Source of the DNA: Octopus sinensis
Taxonomy: Eukaryota
Assembly: GCF_006345805.1 (NCBI RefSeq)
Contig: NW_021836746.1
Location: 1-33,268, forward strand
Length of the DNA: 33,268 nucleotides
Direction: 5' to 3'
Shown: piece by piece, positions 20,181 to 33,268 of the stretch
How the letters are laid out: each line of letters starts with the position of its first letter
Position numbering within the stretch: position 1 is the stretch's first letter
Translations under genes and position numbers: made by a program
Notes under the pieces: generated by a model
Told to the model about the DNA's origin: nothing
What the model saw: only the letters and a program-made list of their open reading frames with translations
Databases searched by the model: none

Positions 20181-20890
20181 ATTCTATAAATTTAATTTAT
20201 ATTAAATCTCATTCGTAGTAATTAAGGAAGCCCAGCTAAAACGGTCCCCGTTAGAATGAATAAAGAAGAAAATAGAAAACCTGAAATCTGTAGTTATGGA
20301 TTCTCCTTGCAAAATTTGTACCAAAAAATTGTAATCTTTAGCTGTTTCCACAAAACGGGCATTTATTGAAATATTTTGGTGTTCATTATTAAAGAATAGT
20401 TAAATTTGATCTTTTTACATCTGTATATTTAAAATTCTTTAAATGAATAAATTGCAAGTTCTACAGTTGTTAGCATGGTGGGAAATCGAAAACGCCTGTC
20501 ATTTTTTCAAAAGAAGTACACACAGAGTGATTTATTCTTTATTTCAAAATTCTGAAAAATTCTGAAGGAATACTTACTTTTCAAGATGACCAAAAAAGAA
20601 GAAAATTTACTTGTGTAAGTCTCAATCATTCGACAGAGATTTATTTGAATGGTTTGTCAAAAAACGATCATTTGGGTTCATATTCAATGAATATCTTTTG
20701 AAGTTGATGTCTTTAAAAATGGCGAAAGTTTGTATTACTCAAGGATTTCAAGCATCAAAAGGGATAGCTTGAGAAATTAAAAAATCGATATTGAATTGCT
20801 TCCCGTGCTTTATGTGAGGAGAATAAAATTGTTAAAACCTCTATGATTGAAAATTTTACAAAAAGTCTCAATAGATCTGTCGATCTCTTC

Positions 20891-21309
20891 GAACTGCTGG
20901 ATTCCACACACAATTGGAACCTGCAGGGATTTTCGTAGAGGACGGCAGAAGACCCGATGGGATGACCACATTTCCATTTCAGAGAGGAAAGTGTCTGGTT
21001 TGGGACGTCACGTGTGTGAACTCCTTTTCCAATCAGAATATCAAATTATGCATCGAGAATCCGGGAGCCCCGTCTGAACGGGCAAAGAAGAGAAAAGCTG
21101 AGAAATACGCTGGAATCGGGAATAGGAGAGTGTTTGTCCCCCTGGCTGTTGAGACGTCAGGAATACAGGGACCTTCTACTCGGACCCTACTCCAGCGCAT
21201 TGCCTCATTAATCGGAAGGGTTACCGGCGACCCGTGTGAGTACCGGTATTTAATCGAAAGAATATCTATAGCAATAGTCAGAGGCAATACTCTGGCTATC
21301 TGCCAATGA
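20891..21309 (+). pseudogene. CRE-type RLE fragment, copy A' (frame open over 131 codons)
   Basis: ORF 20914-21309 (TTG start): EPAGIFVEDGRRPDGMTTFPFQRGKCLVWDVTC... Confidence 0.8.
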
Positions 21310-21414
21310 CTATTTCTCTTTTGATTTGAAATAAAATAAAAAAACTCCATAATAAATATTCAAAGTGCCCCAAAACCCGAGGGTGTCCACTTCCGGGGTC
21401 GCCCAATAAGAAGG

Positions 21415-21765
21415 TGCACTGTACCGTCTAATACTATTACTGTCCGAATCCCGTCATTATGGCATGGGCTTTGTTATACACATCTCACTTGTGGATCATT
21501 TACTTAATGTATGGAGGATAACAGACGAAATTTCCTATATCAACGTAATACAAAATCATTATGACTTTCATAAACGTGTTTGCACCCTACACGGGAAGAT
21601 TATCGACTTGTATGCCTGAACTTGATGATTTTTATATGAGTTTTTAGAAGACTACTCCTAGCTCTGCTTGTCGGTGATAATTTTGTTGTTGAGGACTGGA
21701 ATTTAAAACCAGGAATTGAACGCAGGGGTGAATGCTGTATTGGTAATCACGGAAAGGGGTATCGA
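21415..21765 (+). pseudogene. RTE APE fragment, copy 2
   Basis: Duplicate of 800-1150. Confidence 0.6.
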
Positions 21766-22044
21766 AAAGAATAACATAATATTAAATAAATAAATCAGTT
21801 TTAAATAACATATCTAATTCCCGTTTCTTTCTAGTTTAATATTATTAAACTCCAAGTCAATCTTGACACAGAATTATAAAATAAATTACCAATTCAGAAT
21901 CTAAAAATGAATACAACTCAGATTTATTTTCATTGACATTTTTTCTACTTTTTTCGGTCCTTGGAGACAAAAAATTATTTGTATCTGACAACATTTAATA
22001 CTGAACCACAAACCATAACAGCCGATAATATCATCAATGATATC

Positions 22045-22649
22045 ATGGCGAAAGTTTGTATTACTCAAGGATTTCAAGCATCAAAAGGATAGCTTGAGAA
22101 ATTAAAAAATCGATATTGAATTGCTTCCCGTGCTTTATGTGAGGAGAATAAAATTGTTAAAACCTCTATGATTGAAAATTTTACAAAAAGTCTCAATAGA
22201 TCTGTCGATCTCTTCGAACTGCTGGATTCCACACACAATTGGAGCCTGCAGGGATTTTCGTAGAGGACGCAGAAGACCCAATCGGATGACCACATTTCCA
22301 TTTCAGAGAGGAAAGTGTCTGGTTTGGGACGTCACGTGTGTGAACTCCTTTTCCAATCAGAATATCAAATTATGCATCGAGAATCCGGGAGCCCCGTCTG
22401 AACGGGCTGAGATGAGAAAAACTGAGAAATACGCTGGAATTGGGAATGGCAGAGTGTTTGTCCCCCTGGCTGTTGAGACGTCAGGAATACAGGGGCCTTC
22501 TACTCGGACCCTACTCCAGCGCATTGCCTCATTAATCGAAAGGGTTACCGGCGACCCGTGTGAGCACCGGTATTTAAACGAACGAATATCTATAGCCATA
22601 GTCAGAGGCAATACTCTGGCTATCTGCCAATGACGATTTTTCTCTTGAC
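22045..22649 (+). repeat. Tigger piece plus CRE RLE tail, copy B'
   Basis: Duplicate of 1431-2035; ORF 22172-22633. Confidence 0.9.
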
Positions 22650-23673
22650 CTAATTTGATTAATAAATTGACGTTGTCTAAAAAAGTCTGAATAGAAAATT
22701 AGAACAATACGAAACTGGATTGTTTTTAATCTTTTGGTGAACAGAAAATTAGTCGTTGACTCGGAAAAAAATCTGTTGATTCTTAAAATGATCAAATTGA
22801 CGACGTCAATTTTATGAATAACTATTTGAGAAACTAATACAGTAAGATCGAGTTGAAGAGTAAAATGAAAAAATTTATACTCCGACAATATATGAAGTTA
22901 GTGAATATGCGAAGGCGCTTGAATTATTGTTTCTTGAGAATGATATGAACACAAAGAGGAAAAAATACGAAATACAAAAAAACTTTAAAAATTATCAAAC
23001 TAATCATTCTCAAAAAATCACCGATTACGTGATTAAATCTCTAAATAATCGCTTTAATTATACTTTAATTATTGTTTATTGTTATTTGGATTCCTTGTTT
23101 TATTTTTTTTGTTCACTATAGACAATAGTGAACATGATGTTTTGATGTGGACATTTTGTTCACTATAGAGAGGGTTGACAGAACCATTTTAATTTAGATT
23201 ATGAATTATTTAGACAAAGTTGTCTTTCGATTCACAGATTTTGTTTTTTTAATCGAGTATTCTAAAATTTCGAACAGTTCATTTATATTTTTTCTTTTTA
23301 CAAAAATTTCAAAAGTCGATAATGTTTGTCAAACTTGAAATTATCTGTTTTTACAAGAACTCAAAAAATTGTTTTATAAACTAAATTACTGTTTTTCATA
23401 CATTTCATGAAATAAGTCGTTGGCCATCAAACAGTCTTACCGATTTTTGCCTTTTTTTGTAAAAAGCGGAACACATGAGACTTTACTATGTCTTGTGACA
23501 TAGTTGTTGGAAACGAAGCTCTAATGGTCTTCAGTCTTGGACTTTACCCATCTTTGCCTTCCAGAAAGGGTACCTCTAAACTCAGTATTCAAAAAATAGG
23601 CGCCAAAAAAGAACTTGTACGTCACGTAGAATTTCACCTCCGCGATTTTTTGTCTCCGCGCTTTCGATTATTA

Positions 23674-24096
23674 AATATTTTATAATCGAACAGACAGCAA
23701 GGCACATTGTTATTTATGTCACAGGGTGATAAATGTTATGCAATCATTTAATGTTGAGAAACACTACAAAACTCACAGTAAAGTATATGATTGCTAGTAA
23801 GGAGATTCCAGGATAAGGAAACTGGAATCAGTAAAGTCAGCTAGAACAATACAAACAAATTTCTTTAAACCAGCAAATGATTCTAAAGCCTTACAAGCTT
23901 CATCTTTTGGAAACTCAAATTTCATCGTGCGATACAACACATTTTATCTACTTTCTGAGAATAAAGGGGTGTCAAACATGCGGCCCAGTTACTGCAAGCT
24001 ATGTAATCAGCAGAATGCTTGCAATGAATGGAAAATCATATTGTGATTTCATCAAACAATGTTTTTTGAAAAACAGCCAAAATTATTTTTCTTTAT
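23674..24096 (+). pseudogene. hAT Buster-like remnant, copy 2
   Basis: Duplicate of 3058-3480. Confidence 0.65.
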
Positions 24097-25476
24097 AATA
24101 CGCATTTTTATAATACGTTTTTTGAAAAACAGCCAAGCACTACAAGGACCGAACGAACAACTACTCATCGCCCCATTTAATGAAATATTGAGAAGAAACC
24201 TCTTGGTTACAGGGCCTAAAACACCACCACCGCGCCCTCACAGAAATTGTGCCGGGACAAGGGAGGAGCATTGGGCAAGGTTGAGGACCCTCCTCAGAGA
24301 ACCCGGGATCACCTGATTAATTAGTTTTATGCTTTGGACGGTGATCTTGGTTCTAATAATAATTGCTCGTCATTTTCTAAATCTCGCCATTAATTAAAAA
24401 AAATTTTTTTTTGGTTAAACTATTTTTTATATAAAATATTTCAACCACGCTAAATTCAACATGCGTAAGTTCACAAGATTGTCTTGTAATGAAAAACGTC
24501 GCATTATTGCGTACATGGAGGAGAACAAAAGTCGCACGATGGACCGTATAGCTTACATTTTTTCTTCTGTTTTGAAGATCAATATCCATGCAACTGGATT
24601 CTCACAGCAACTGTACTGAGCCTTGCTTGATTTGTCCAAAAAAATGGTAAGTATGATCTTATTAAATTTGGTACAGCTGCATCCAGGAAAAAAGTGGCCT
24701 TCAATTAAAGACATTGACTATTGTTGTACGCGCGCGCGTTGTTGTGGTGCACTTTTTCTATTCATTTGCTATTTGTTATTTAATTCAATAATTCTCTCTC
24801 TCATTCCATTTCTCTTTATTCTCTCTCTTTTCCCATTTCTTTTTGTCATACCACGACCCGCCCAATGAGGAAGATTGGGGTGATATTGCGAACAGCCTAC
24901 TCGGTGTAGGTATTAACACATGAGATACATGGAGGGCTCTCCAATTTACTCGTTGCAGAAAAAATTGAGAACTCCGGGTCTTGGGATGAGGGGCTTGCAG
25001 TTTCATTCTTATATGAGTACATTAAGATATGGAAAGTGTCATGTGAGGTCGAGATTGACAAAGTAGTGTTTTCTTCAAGAAAGACCTCAGTTTAGAACGA
25101 CTCTGAACATATGCCATAGAGGTAACATTTGTTACACTAGGTTTATGATTCTTCAGAAGCACTACAAAACCACAATGAATGCTGTATTGGGTTGCATGGT
25201 ATATGAGTCATGCTATGAAAAAATCGCCCGCTTCATTGACTACATATGGAAAGTTAGAGGGAAAGAGTCATTAATTGGTTATCTGAAACCCTCCAGGCCG
25301 TCAGAAGCAGTGCTTTTTCAGGAAACCACTTGAAACATGTGTACATGTACTTTAGTCTCATGACCACTTTATGCGGGATCGTAGTTAATAATGCATTTTT
25401 TAATGCTAAGAGCTTATGCTCGGATGGAAATGCAATTGTAAGTGCAATGATCTTTTACCATTTGGCGAGAGCGGGT

Positions 25477-25726
25477 CAGTGGTGAAGTCTGCTGTTGGTG
25501 TGGATCCAGATGCGGCCATCATGGATTGCATCGGTCAAGAGAGAAAAGTTAATGGATTTTGCATGTTCTGAAGGGAAAAATTTATATAATAAAAAAGTAT
25601 CATTCCGAAATTTTTGAAGTTGACGGGATGACCCTTTTCCCATTTGAGAGCGGAAAAGTCCTCGTATGGATGCAACCTGCTGGGATACTTTCTCTGTTTC
25701 ACATCTAACCTCGTGTGCTCAAGTCT
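25477..25726 (+). pseudogene. Diverged CRE RLE fragment, copy 2
   Basis: Duplicate of 4860-5110. Confidence 0.7.
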
Positions 25727-26179
25727 GTTTCACTTGTTCTTTACAATAAAAAATTCTGTTCTGTTATTTGTCATTTTATAATATTTATCGTGACAAAATA
25801 GATTTTGAAATAGAATTAAAATATTTTTTTGAATTTTTTTCCAGGTCCGAAAGTATAACCACCTAGGTACACCCTAGACCTGTGACAATTTATAAAAATA
25901 ATATAACAATAATTAAATTCGTGTTAGATTAAAAAAAAGTCTAGAAAAAAAAATATAACAATAATGATTAAAATTTGGTAGAAATTAATCATTTTAGATT
26001 TTAGGGCGCTAAAATACAAGATCGCCAAATCCGGAAACAATAAATAAAAGTTTGCCAAAAGAATATAAAGAATAGAACTTTCTATCAAAATAAGGTAAAA
26101 TTCAAAGAATAAGATAATTGAGAAGATTTCAAATAAGAGATTTTTTATTTATTTATTTATTAAACACCAAGACCACAGT

Positions 26180-26570
26180 AAAGACCGAACTAATTAGCAT
26201 GTGATCCCGACGCACTTTGACGGAGATCCTCCGGAAAGGTTCAATCCTATGCAAAGTGCATCGTCCTGCGACGACGATGTCCCAGGGGGTAGGAGAGCTA
26301 TTGGTCCTTTTTCGGTGAGCATTAGGTGCCCCCTCGGCGTTTCCAAATCCAGTCGAAATCTCCAAGTGAATTTGGTGGACCACGTAACGCCTTTCTAAGG
26401 CCGGATAGGAAGGAGATCCCTTTTTTGACATACTGTGTCGTGCCAGATGTACTCGTCACCTCACGGGCAAAGGAACTTCGACGAGATTAACCCCGACTCC
26501 AAAGTAGCCTCTTCTGGATTCGAACCCACGACGGCTGAATTCCAGTATCCAGGGCATACTCTTCAGCAAG
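26180..26570 (-). mobile_element. tRNA-derived SINE-like element, copy 2
   Basis: Duplicate of 5565-5955. Confidence 0.6.
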
Positions 26571-26839
26571 ATATAAACAGATTGAAAGAATAAACTGACA
26601 AATATTATAAAATGATGAAATTTCAGATAATTTATTAATTAAAAGAAACTACATCGCAAAATATTCCTTCTAATCCAATTAAATAAAAAAATAAAGATTG
26701 ATCAAATAATGTAACAGGACAACAAGGTATGTCACAAGAGTGCTCACACGTGGCACAATTTATTATTTTTCTATTAATAATTGGGTAACTAAAAATTAAG
26801 ATAATTTTAATAATCAAACACCAATTCTACCTAGTAGCT

Positions 26840-26969
26840 TATAACAGTGTAAATACCAGAGGGGATATCTCAATGATGGCAAATTGTGAAACAGACTTGC
26901 AGATTCGAGCAGATTGTTCTTTGGAACTTTTGCTCCAGTAATTTTCGGAGTTTGTTTAGTTCTAGCTAT
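26840..26969 (-). pseudogene. Histone H3 N-tail relic, copy 2
   Basis: Duplicate of 6225-6354. Confidence 0.55.
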
Positions 26970-27094
26970 ATTTTTCAGAACCGATTCAGACGAGTTATTT
27001 TTGTTTTATATTATTCCGAATTTTTAAACAACATTATGAATGAATGAATTGAGTTTATTGTAATTAACAGAGGAAGAGAAAGTGACAGGAATTA

Positions 27095-28162
27095 AGGACG
27101 GTGATAGGACGAGACTGATGCCAAGGCAACTGAACTCTTCTGAGCTTGCGTCCAATTCATCTGTCGTGAGCCAGAGTTAATAGTGGCTATGTTGCTGAAT
27201 TGCTTCCTTCTAGCAGGAGCTCTTGCAGCATATTCATATCCACTCCAGATATCTTCAGGGCTCCTACATAATCGCGGAAGCACTCCAGTAGAACATCTCT
27301 TTTGAGTATGTCCTGCTCCGAGTGGGCTATTCTTTGTTACAAAGCTTTGTTACGGTGGGTTTTTCTCCTCTTATGAGGGACAGCCGAGCGGACCACTTCT
27401 GAGTTATGGCACTCATTAGTGTTTGACTCCGCGCTTGTGAGTGTGCTGTGGCCGGCGACGTCTGAGTAGAGACATCGACTCTGGATGGACTTGGGGGAGA
27501 CCTTTTTTCCAGACTGATTCTATCCGTTCGGCTTTTACCCAGCGTCCTGGGCTTTAGTCTGTGGGCTCTTCGCAACCCTTGAGGCTGCTGTTGCTGCTTT
27601 GGCAGACGGACATCCACCGTAGCACGCCAAGTGCCCAGTGTTCTTGCAGTTAATGCAAGTTTTTCAGCTGGGACACTTGGTTTTGGCTTGGAACTCGGGC
27701 AGTTTTGGTGCCTGTGTTCTTTTCCGCAGAGGAGACAACGGAGTTTTTCCAAGCATCTGTAGGAGGTATGTCCAAACTGATTGCAACGGAAGCATCTCGT
27801 TGCTGAGGGCTTGTGCCATTCGCAGCGAATATGGCTGAAGCCCGCAGTTTCCCAAAGCGGATGAGGGTGTTGGCCTCTGCTCTGGAATCCAGGGTGAGTC
27901 TGCCGACAGGCATGTCTGTTCCATTGCGAGAGAATCTTTCGAACTTTAAGTCTGATTCTAGACTTCTGAACCATTTGGCTGTTCGAAAGAATTGTTTTAT
28001 GAGTAATATCAATATTGTCCAAGTTTCACGTCCTTCCCCTTCCCGTTCCTATAAGATCCCAAACTCAAACCAAAAAGTAGAAAGAATGGCCTTTCGTGCT
28101 ATTGAAAAATTTTTAGGTCAACCTGCAGCTGATCAGATTGAACAAGACTTCTTCCGTGGTCC
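27095..28162 (-). pseudogene. LINE gag-like ORF1 remnant, copy 2
   Basis: ORF 27327-28022 is identical to 6710-7405. Confidence 0.75.
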
Positions 28163-28165
28163 TAT

Positions 28166-28395
28166 CGACTGGATTGGTTCCATAGAAGGCAACTAGGAAG
28201 CTTACTCGAAATGGAGTGGTCGTAAAGAATATAAACCACTGATATCTATAACAAGTGTATGTGTTTGTACATCAGCGAAAATGTGGTAGATGCCAGATTG
28301 AGGCTATTTAGACATGTAATAAGAATGAACTCGGACGCACCTGCTAGCAAAGCGATGGAAGGTTACTTTGACAGTTGCGACAAAGCCTTCCGCAA
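28166..28395 (+). pseudogene. RTE 3' fragment, copy 2
   Basis: Duplicate of 7549-7790 with different indels. Confidence 0.7.
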
Positions 28396-28469
28396 AAAAC
28401 CTGTTCTTTCGAAATACAATGCAACTATATTGTTTTTATTAATTATTTCAATAATTTATCATTTTTTAA

Positions 28470-29167
28470 CAGGGTTGCTAAAATCATAATTTTTTTGTGA
28501 TTTAAAACAGATTTTTGTGAAATAAAAGCTTGTAAATAAAGACATGTTTGGCAGTCTTTTCAATTCCAAATTTATTTCGTAAATTCGAATGTAGGAATCC
28601 AAAAGTCGACAAGATGGTTCTATTCTAGCTGTTGGGGCAGCTGGTCCAAGAATTTTTTTGAAAAGTGAAATTTTTTCAGAAATTAACTGTTAATAGTTGA
28701 CGACTTCCACAAGCTATAGGATTGTTTACTCATTAAGTTTGGAGCTAACATGTATTGCTTAAATGTTTAGCTCTTGCTTTGAAATTATCAGAGTCGGAAA
28801 GCATATTCATAATGTTTCGCCAAACCGGGATGAATCTCTACAGTTACAAGAGATTTCCCAGATGCTGAGTCCATTAGATTGCAAGTAAGTGGAAAGGTAT
28901 TAATGCTTGATCAGCCAGAGTTTTTACTTTTTCTAAGATAGCTGTACTTCATAGTCTATATAAGTCTTTTCAAGTTCCTTCCGAATTTCTACAGAATGAC
29001 TAATCTTTGTAGAATTATTTTGCATTTTTTTTCAGAGGTGTCCACAGTGTCAATTAGATAGCTTTCTCTATCCAACGCTACAACCGAAACACAAATAATA
29101 GGTTCATTATGAATGTTACTTCACCGATTCAGCATCATAGATACTGTTTTGTCCTGAAGTCTTTGTC
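28470..29167 (-). mobile_element. hAT remnant, copy 2
   Basis: Duplicate of 7862-8558. Confidence 0.75.
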
Positions 29168-29248
29168 TACAGTCCTCATGTAGTTGGTCGTACACTTGAT
29201 CGAGCAATGGACCAACAATTTGATGACGGAAGGTAAACAATAGCTAAG

Positions 29249-30279
29249 AAGAAGCATACGGAAAAATTAAAAAAATTGTGTTCGGCAAGCTGGGATTAAT
29301 TTTTTTAATAAAACCAGTCGGTATTAAGTTCCAAATATTTAGGACTTTGTATCAAGTCCGAAATATTCTTTGAATGGAAGTTGTTTAATTCCTTCTTTAT
29401 ATGAGCTCATATATGTTCGATCGGATTAAAATACGCTCATTAAGGCGCCTATGGTAAAAAATTTACTGTACTTTTCTTGAAAAAGATCGCATAGTCATCT
29501 TGGAAGAATAACATCGTGTTAGAAAATAGTCACTGTGCTCCATTTTTTTCTAATTCTCATAAATGGTTACATAATGTGTTAATATAAACTGAAGAATTCA
29601 TATTTCCGTCTATAAAAGTAAACGAGACCATTCCGTAATAGGATAAAAGTCGCAGACCATAACTTTCTGATAATAAAAGATTGTTTTTTTGAAGGCCTAT
29701 ATTGCCGATTTTTTAAATTAAAAAATTTGAAACTACATTCATTACTGAGAACTGTCCTCATCCATTCAGTGTTTGGGACATTAGTAAAATGCTTTGAAAG
29801 TTATGGCGTTTTCACTATTTATTTTGTTCAAAAATTGTTTCTACATACACGAGCATATATTTGCTCTCTTCTTAAATAATTTGCGATGCATCTTTTTCCT
29901 ACTGTTTTACTGGTGAATTTTACGTTGATCATTACGCAATCAGCTGTTTTTGAAGGGTTCTCTTTAACCAGGTTGAGTAAAATAGAAAAATCGTCTTTAT
30001 TAAAAATTTTTGGTCTCCTTGAACCTTTCATTTTTTCAGTGGGAACATATTTAATAAATTTTCTGATGAAATTAGCGATAGTTGATCGCGAATATTAAGC
30101 TCTCAGATATTTTTTATTGATCCCTTTTAACTATCCGGGCTTGAATTTGTTTCTTTTGTTATTATATCAAAGACTCGTAATTTTATGGACCATTTAAAAT
30201 GTTTAAAAAGTGAAAAAATACCACCTTCACACAAATAAACGGTTTTTAATCAAAGACGCACATGTAATTAAATTATATG
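29249..30279 (-). mobile_element. Tc1/mariner remnant, copy 2
   Basis: Duplicate of 8640-9669. Confidence 0.7.
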
Positions 30280-30292
30280 GCACAATACAAAA

Positions 30293-33268
30293 CGTTTAAT
30301 AAAAATTAATTATGTAAATTCTATCTTAAATTATTTAAGAATCCAGATCGTCAGTGATTTCTCTTCTTCGCTTGGAAGAAGAGTTTGCAAACAAAATTCT
30401 CATCATTTTCCATTTCTGCGTCAAAGTAATTGTTCAACTGAGTGTCCTCACGACATGCCAGCTCCGCAAGTTGATTGGCGGCAGAGGCGTACTCCTCGTT
30501 GTCTACCTTCATCCCATGTCTGTGTTCAATAAGCATACTCTCTAGAGTCCTCTTCAGCACAACCGACTGGATGTATGTCCTCGTTCCTTCTTCAATGGAT
30601 AACTTGTCCATATGACTTTTAAAGAACTTTGAGACAACTCCCATCCCATGTCAAGACAATTGGAATAATCTTCACTTTTGCTTCATAGAGAACTGACAGT
30701 TCGTTTGCAAGCAGGTCATATTTGTGAAATTTCTCTACTTCAACTTGCTTTAAAACGGTCTTGCGAGGTAACTCCTCCCACTTCGATTAAATGAATTTCT
30801 CTTTTCCTCTTGTCATAAAACGAAGATATCAGGTTTATTGAATTGAACCTTTGTTTCAGTCATAATTGAAGTGTCAACTCTGATTTCGACATTTTGGGTC
30901 GACAGTGTTGACACGACTGAATGTCCTTTCAATTTCCTGCTTCGTTTTATTCCATACATTCGACACAAGTGGAGATGAATACACTTTACCACTTCGTTGT
31001 GTCTTCGGAGATAATCACTGTTTAGCATCCTACCACACCGCGTGGCTAGATGGTCAACAGTCTGCCTGCTTTTTTTGCAGTGGACGCATAGTGATCCCGT
31101 GTATGCAAAGAACAAATTCCTATCTTGCAAAAGACAGTACAATGCTTCGCTTCGTGGACCATTGTTCCCTTTCGATAGCCATTGCGAAGAAGTAGATATG
31201 TCGACATCTGATTCCTCCATACATTTGAACATCACCGAGTGTAGTGATTTACTGTTAATTCGGTTAAGCAAGAGTTTCCTTTGTGCGTCCTTCAGTAACT
31301 CAATGGTCAGATTTTCCCTGCCGACAGCTGCATATTTGGAGACAAGAAATTCTGCGATTGTGGCTAAGTGCCATTTTTTTCCTTTTATTACTCGCAGAAT
31401 ACCCGACCTCCGCAGACAGGTAGTCGACTGTTTTTCCAAACTTTTAAGAAACTGGAAGAGCATTAATTCGCTTTTGAAAGAAATTGAGGCAAGTCCTCTT
31501 CCAAGGGTCTTGCGGTCCAAATACAACCTCTCCTTATTTGCAGGCTGGAGGTGTAACTTGAGAGTCGTAAGCAATCGGCGTATTTGTTGGTCAATCTCAT
31601 CAAATTCGTAAGGTTCAATATTGATTAGCCCAATATAATAATTATATAGGGATAATGCATATTCATTGATTCCACGAAACAAATTTACAGCATTCAGGTT
31701 TGTTTTTGACAACATAGTTATCCTCTTCTTGACATTCTCCAATATGGAGTCCATAACTTTATTCTTGAGAACATTACTTCCGCCATCTTCAAGTACACCC
31801 AAGTAGCGATATCCGTTGATTCCATCGACAGTCTCACAGCATGATAAAGATTCCACATTAGATGCTGATTTTTCGGAATTCATCTCTAGGCCGACACTTT
31901 CAAAAAATCCATTAACAGCCTCCATCATTTTGACTAACACATCTTCTTTGAGGGCAACTATTTTCAGATCGTCAATAAAGAAGAAATGATTGGTGGAGTA
32001 TGTCAACATATTGGGATCTTCCCGACTAATTTCGAGTTTGGGAAACATGGAGTTAAGCATCCTGCTTAGGGGATCCATCGCCATAACGAATAGCAGCGGG
32101 GATAATGAATCTCCTTGGAGTATTCCCCGGCTTAACTTTACTTTCCCAATTCTTTTCCCATCGATATGTAAGTTTACTGTCCACTTCTTGACTATGTTCT
32201 TTACAAAGCTGACAATCCAATGTGGTATTCCAGAGCAATCCAATACGTGGAACAAGAACTCGTGATCAACTGAGTCAAATGCCTTCTTCACATCGACCCA
32301 AGCAGAATAGAGGCCATTTCCATACTCCTTATTTAAGCATTGGTTAATGAGGGCTTGCTCTTTGGCACCTTGACATTGCTTCCTCGTCCAAGCTGATTAT
32401 CTGAGATTAAGCCAAATGCCTCGATGAAATCGGCCAGTTTGGCATTAACACATTTGGTGACAAGTTTATACAAAGTTGGCATACACGTTATAGGGCGTAA
32501 GTCCTTCGGGGTCTCACACTCACTTTTTTTAGGGATCAAGTAAGTTACGCCAGTGTAAAACCAGCTATCGGGCGTGTACTCTCCATTAATTATTCGGACT
32601 ATCTCTTTACACAGAAACCCATGCAAAGAATCCATCTTCTTTAAGAAAAAGTTATACGTTCCGTCGCATCCGCATGCCTTCCAGTCAGGTGCACATTTGA
32701 GCATATCCATAATAAAATCACTTGTGAAATGAGGTCGCATGGTTTCACCGCCAGTACACCTCACACCCACAAAATCATAAACTACGGGCCCCATATTTTT
32801 CTTGCTCCAGACATCTTCCCAAAATGATAAGCACTCACCATCACCAAACCCATACAGGGTGGCTTCGTTGCTCGAAGATAAGTTTCGATAAAATCTTCTG
32901 CGGTTTAATTCAAAACACGCATTGTCTTTCCGGAAATTTTTCCTCGAGGAATGGATAGATATCTGTTTCTTTTTGATTCTAATTAGATCATTCAATAGAG
33001 TCTCAATTCTGGTTAGCTCCCCCTTCTTAGACTTCTTATATCCGTAGCGGCAGAGAACATCCATTGCCTTTTGCTTTTCTGCCTGAGGCAAGGTTTGTTT
33101 GGAGAAGGAACGAACTGTGTCAATTTCATCTGCTAATTTAGAGATTTTTCTTTCCGTGTTTTCCAACCATGTGCTCTGTGGTCTGGCTCTCGTAGTTAAA
33201 GCCAAATAAGCACACTGTACAGCATATAGAATATCGGTAATTTGATTAATATCTTGGGGCGGATCATC
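30293..33268 (-). mobile_element. R4/Dong-type retrotransposon, copy 2 (5' end beyond the window)
   Basis: ORFs 32333-33205, 30813-32291 and 30351-30644. It has the same frameshifts as copy 1 plus one extra at ~30390; the TSD copy is at 30280-30292. Confidence 0.88.

Larger units (their letters stand above)
20475..23181 (+). mobile_element. pogo/Tigger relic including its N-terminus, interrupted as in copy 1
   Basis: MVGNRKRLSFFQK from ATG 20475, KILKNSEGIL and DRDLFEWF; the terminal motif ends at 23181. Confidence 0.7.
20615..33268 (+). repeat. Copy 2 of the direct repeat (runs off the window end)
   Basis: Same alignment as copy 1; the 492-aa RT ORF is identical at 10202-11680 and 30813-32291. 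Confidence 0.98.

Overview
AT-rich eukaryotic, almost certainly metazoan, genomic DNA. Positions 1-12657 recur almost identically at 20615-33268, giving a repeat period of about 20.6 kb. The only intact host genes I can assemble are two adjacent minus-strand genes: ERG28 (17537-18013, 131 aa) and zeta-crystallin/quinone oxidoreductase CRYZ (16157-17289, 320 aa). Together they are split by nine ultra-short GT-AG introns of 24-35 nt (mode 26), which the ORF track does not resolve. Such introns suggest a reduced parasitic animal (dicyemid- or myxozoan-like; not determinable here). The rest is a nested transposon graveyard. It includes a near full-length but frameshifted R4/Dong-type RT-RLE non-LTR retrotransposon with a perfect 13-bp target-site duplication outside rDNA, and a non-autonomous Helitron carrying two minisatellite arrays and an (ACAG)n microsatellite. 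It also holds pogo/Tigger, two hAT and Tc1 relics, CRE-type endonuclease tails, RTE and I/Jockey-like LINE fragments, a tRNA-derived SINE and a histone H3 N-tail relic. I found no prokaryotic system (CRISPR, retron, DGR). All family assignments come from motif recognition by eye, not database searches.
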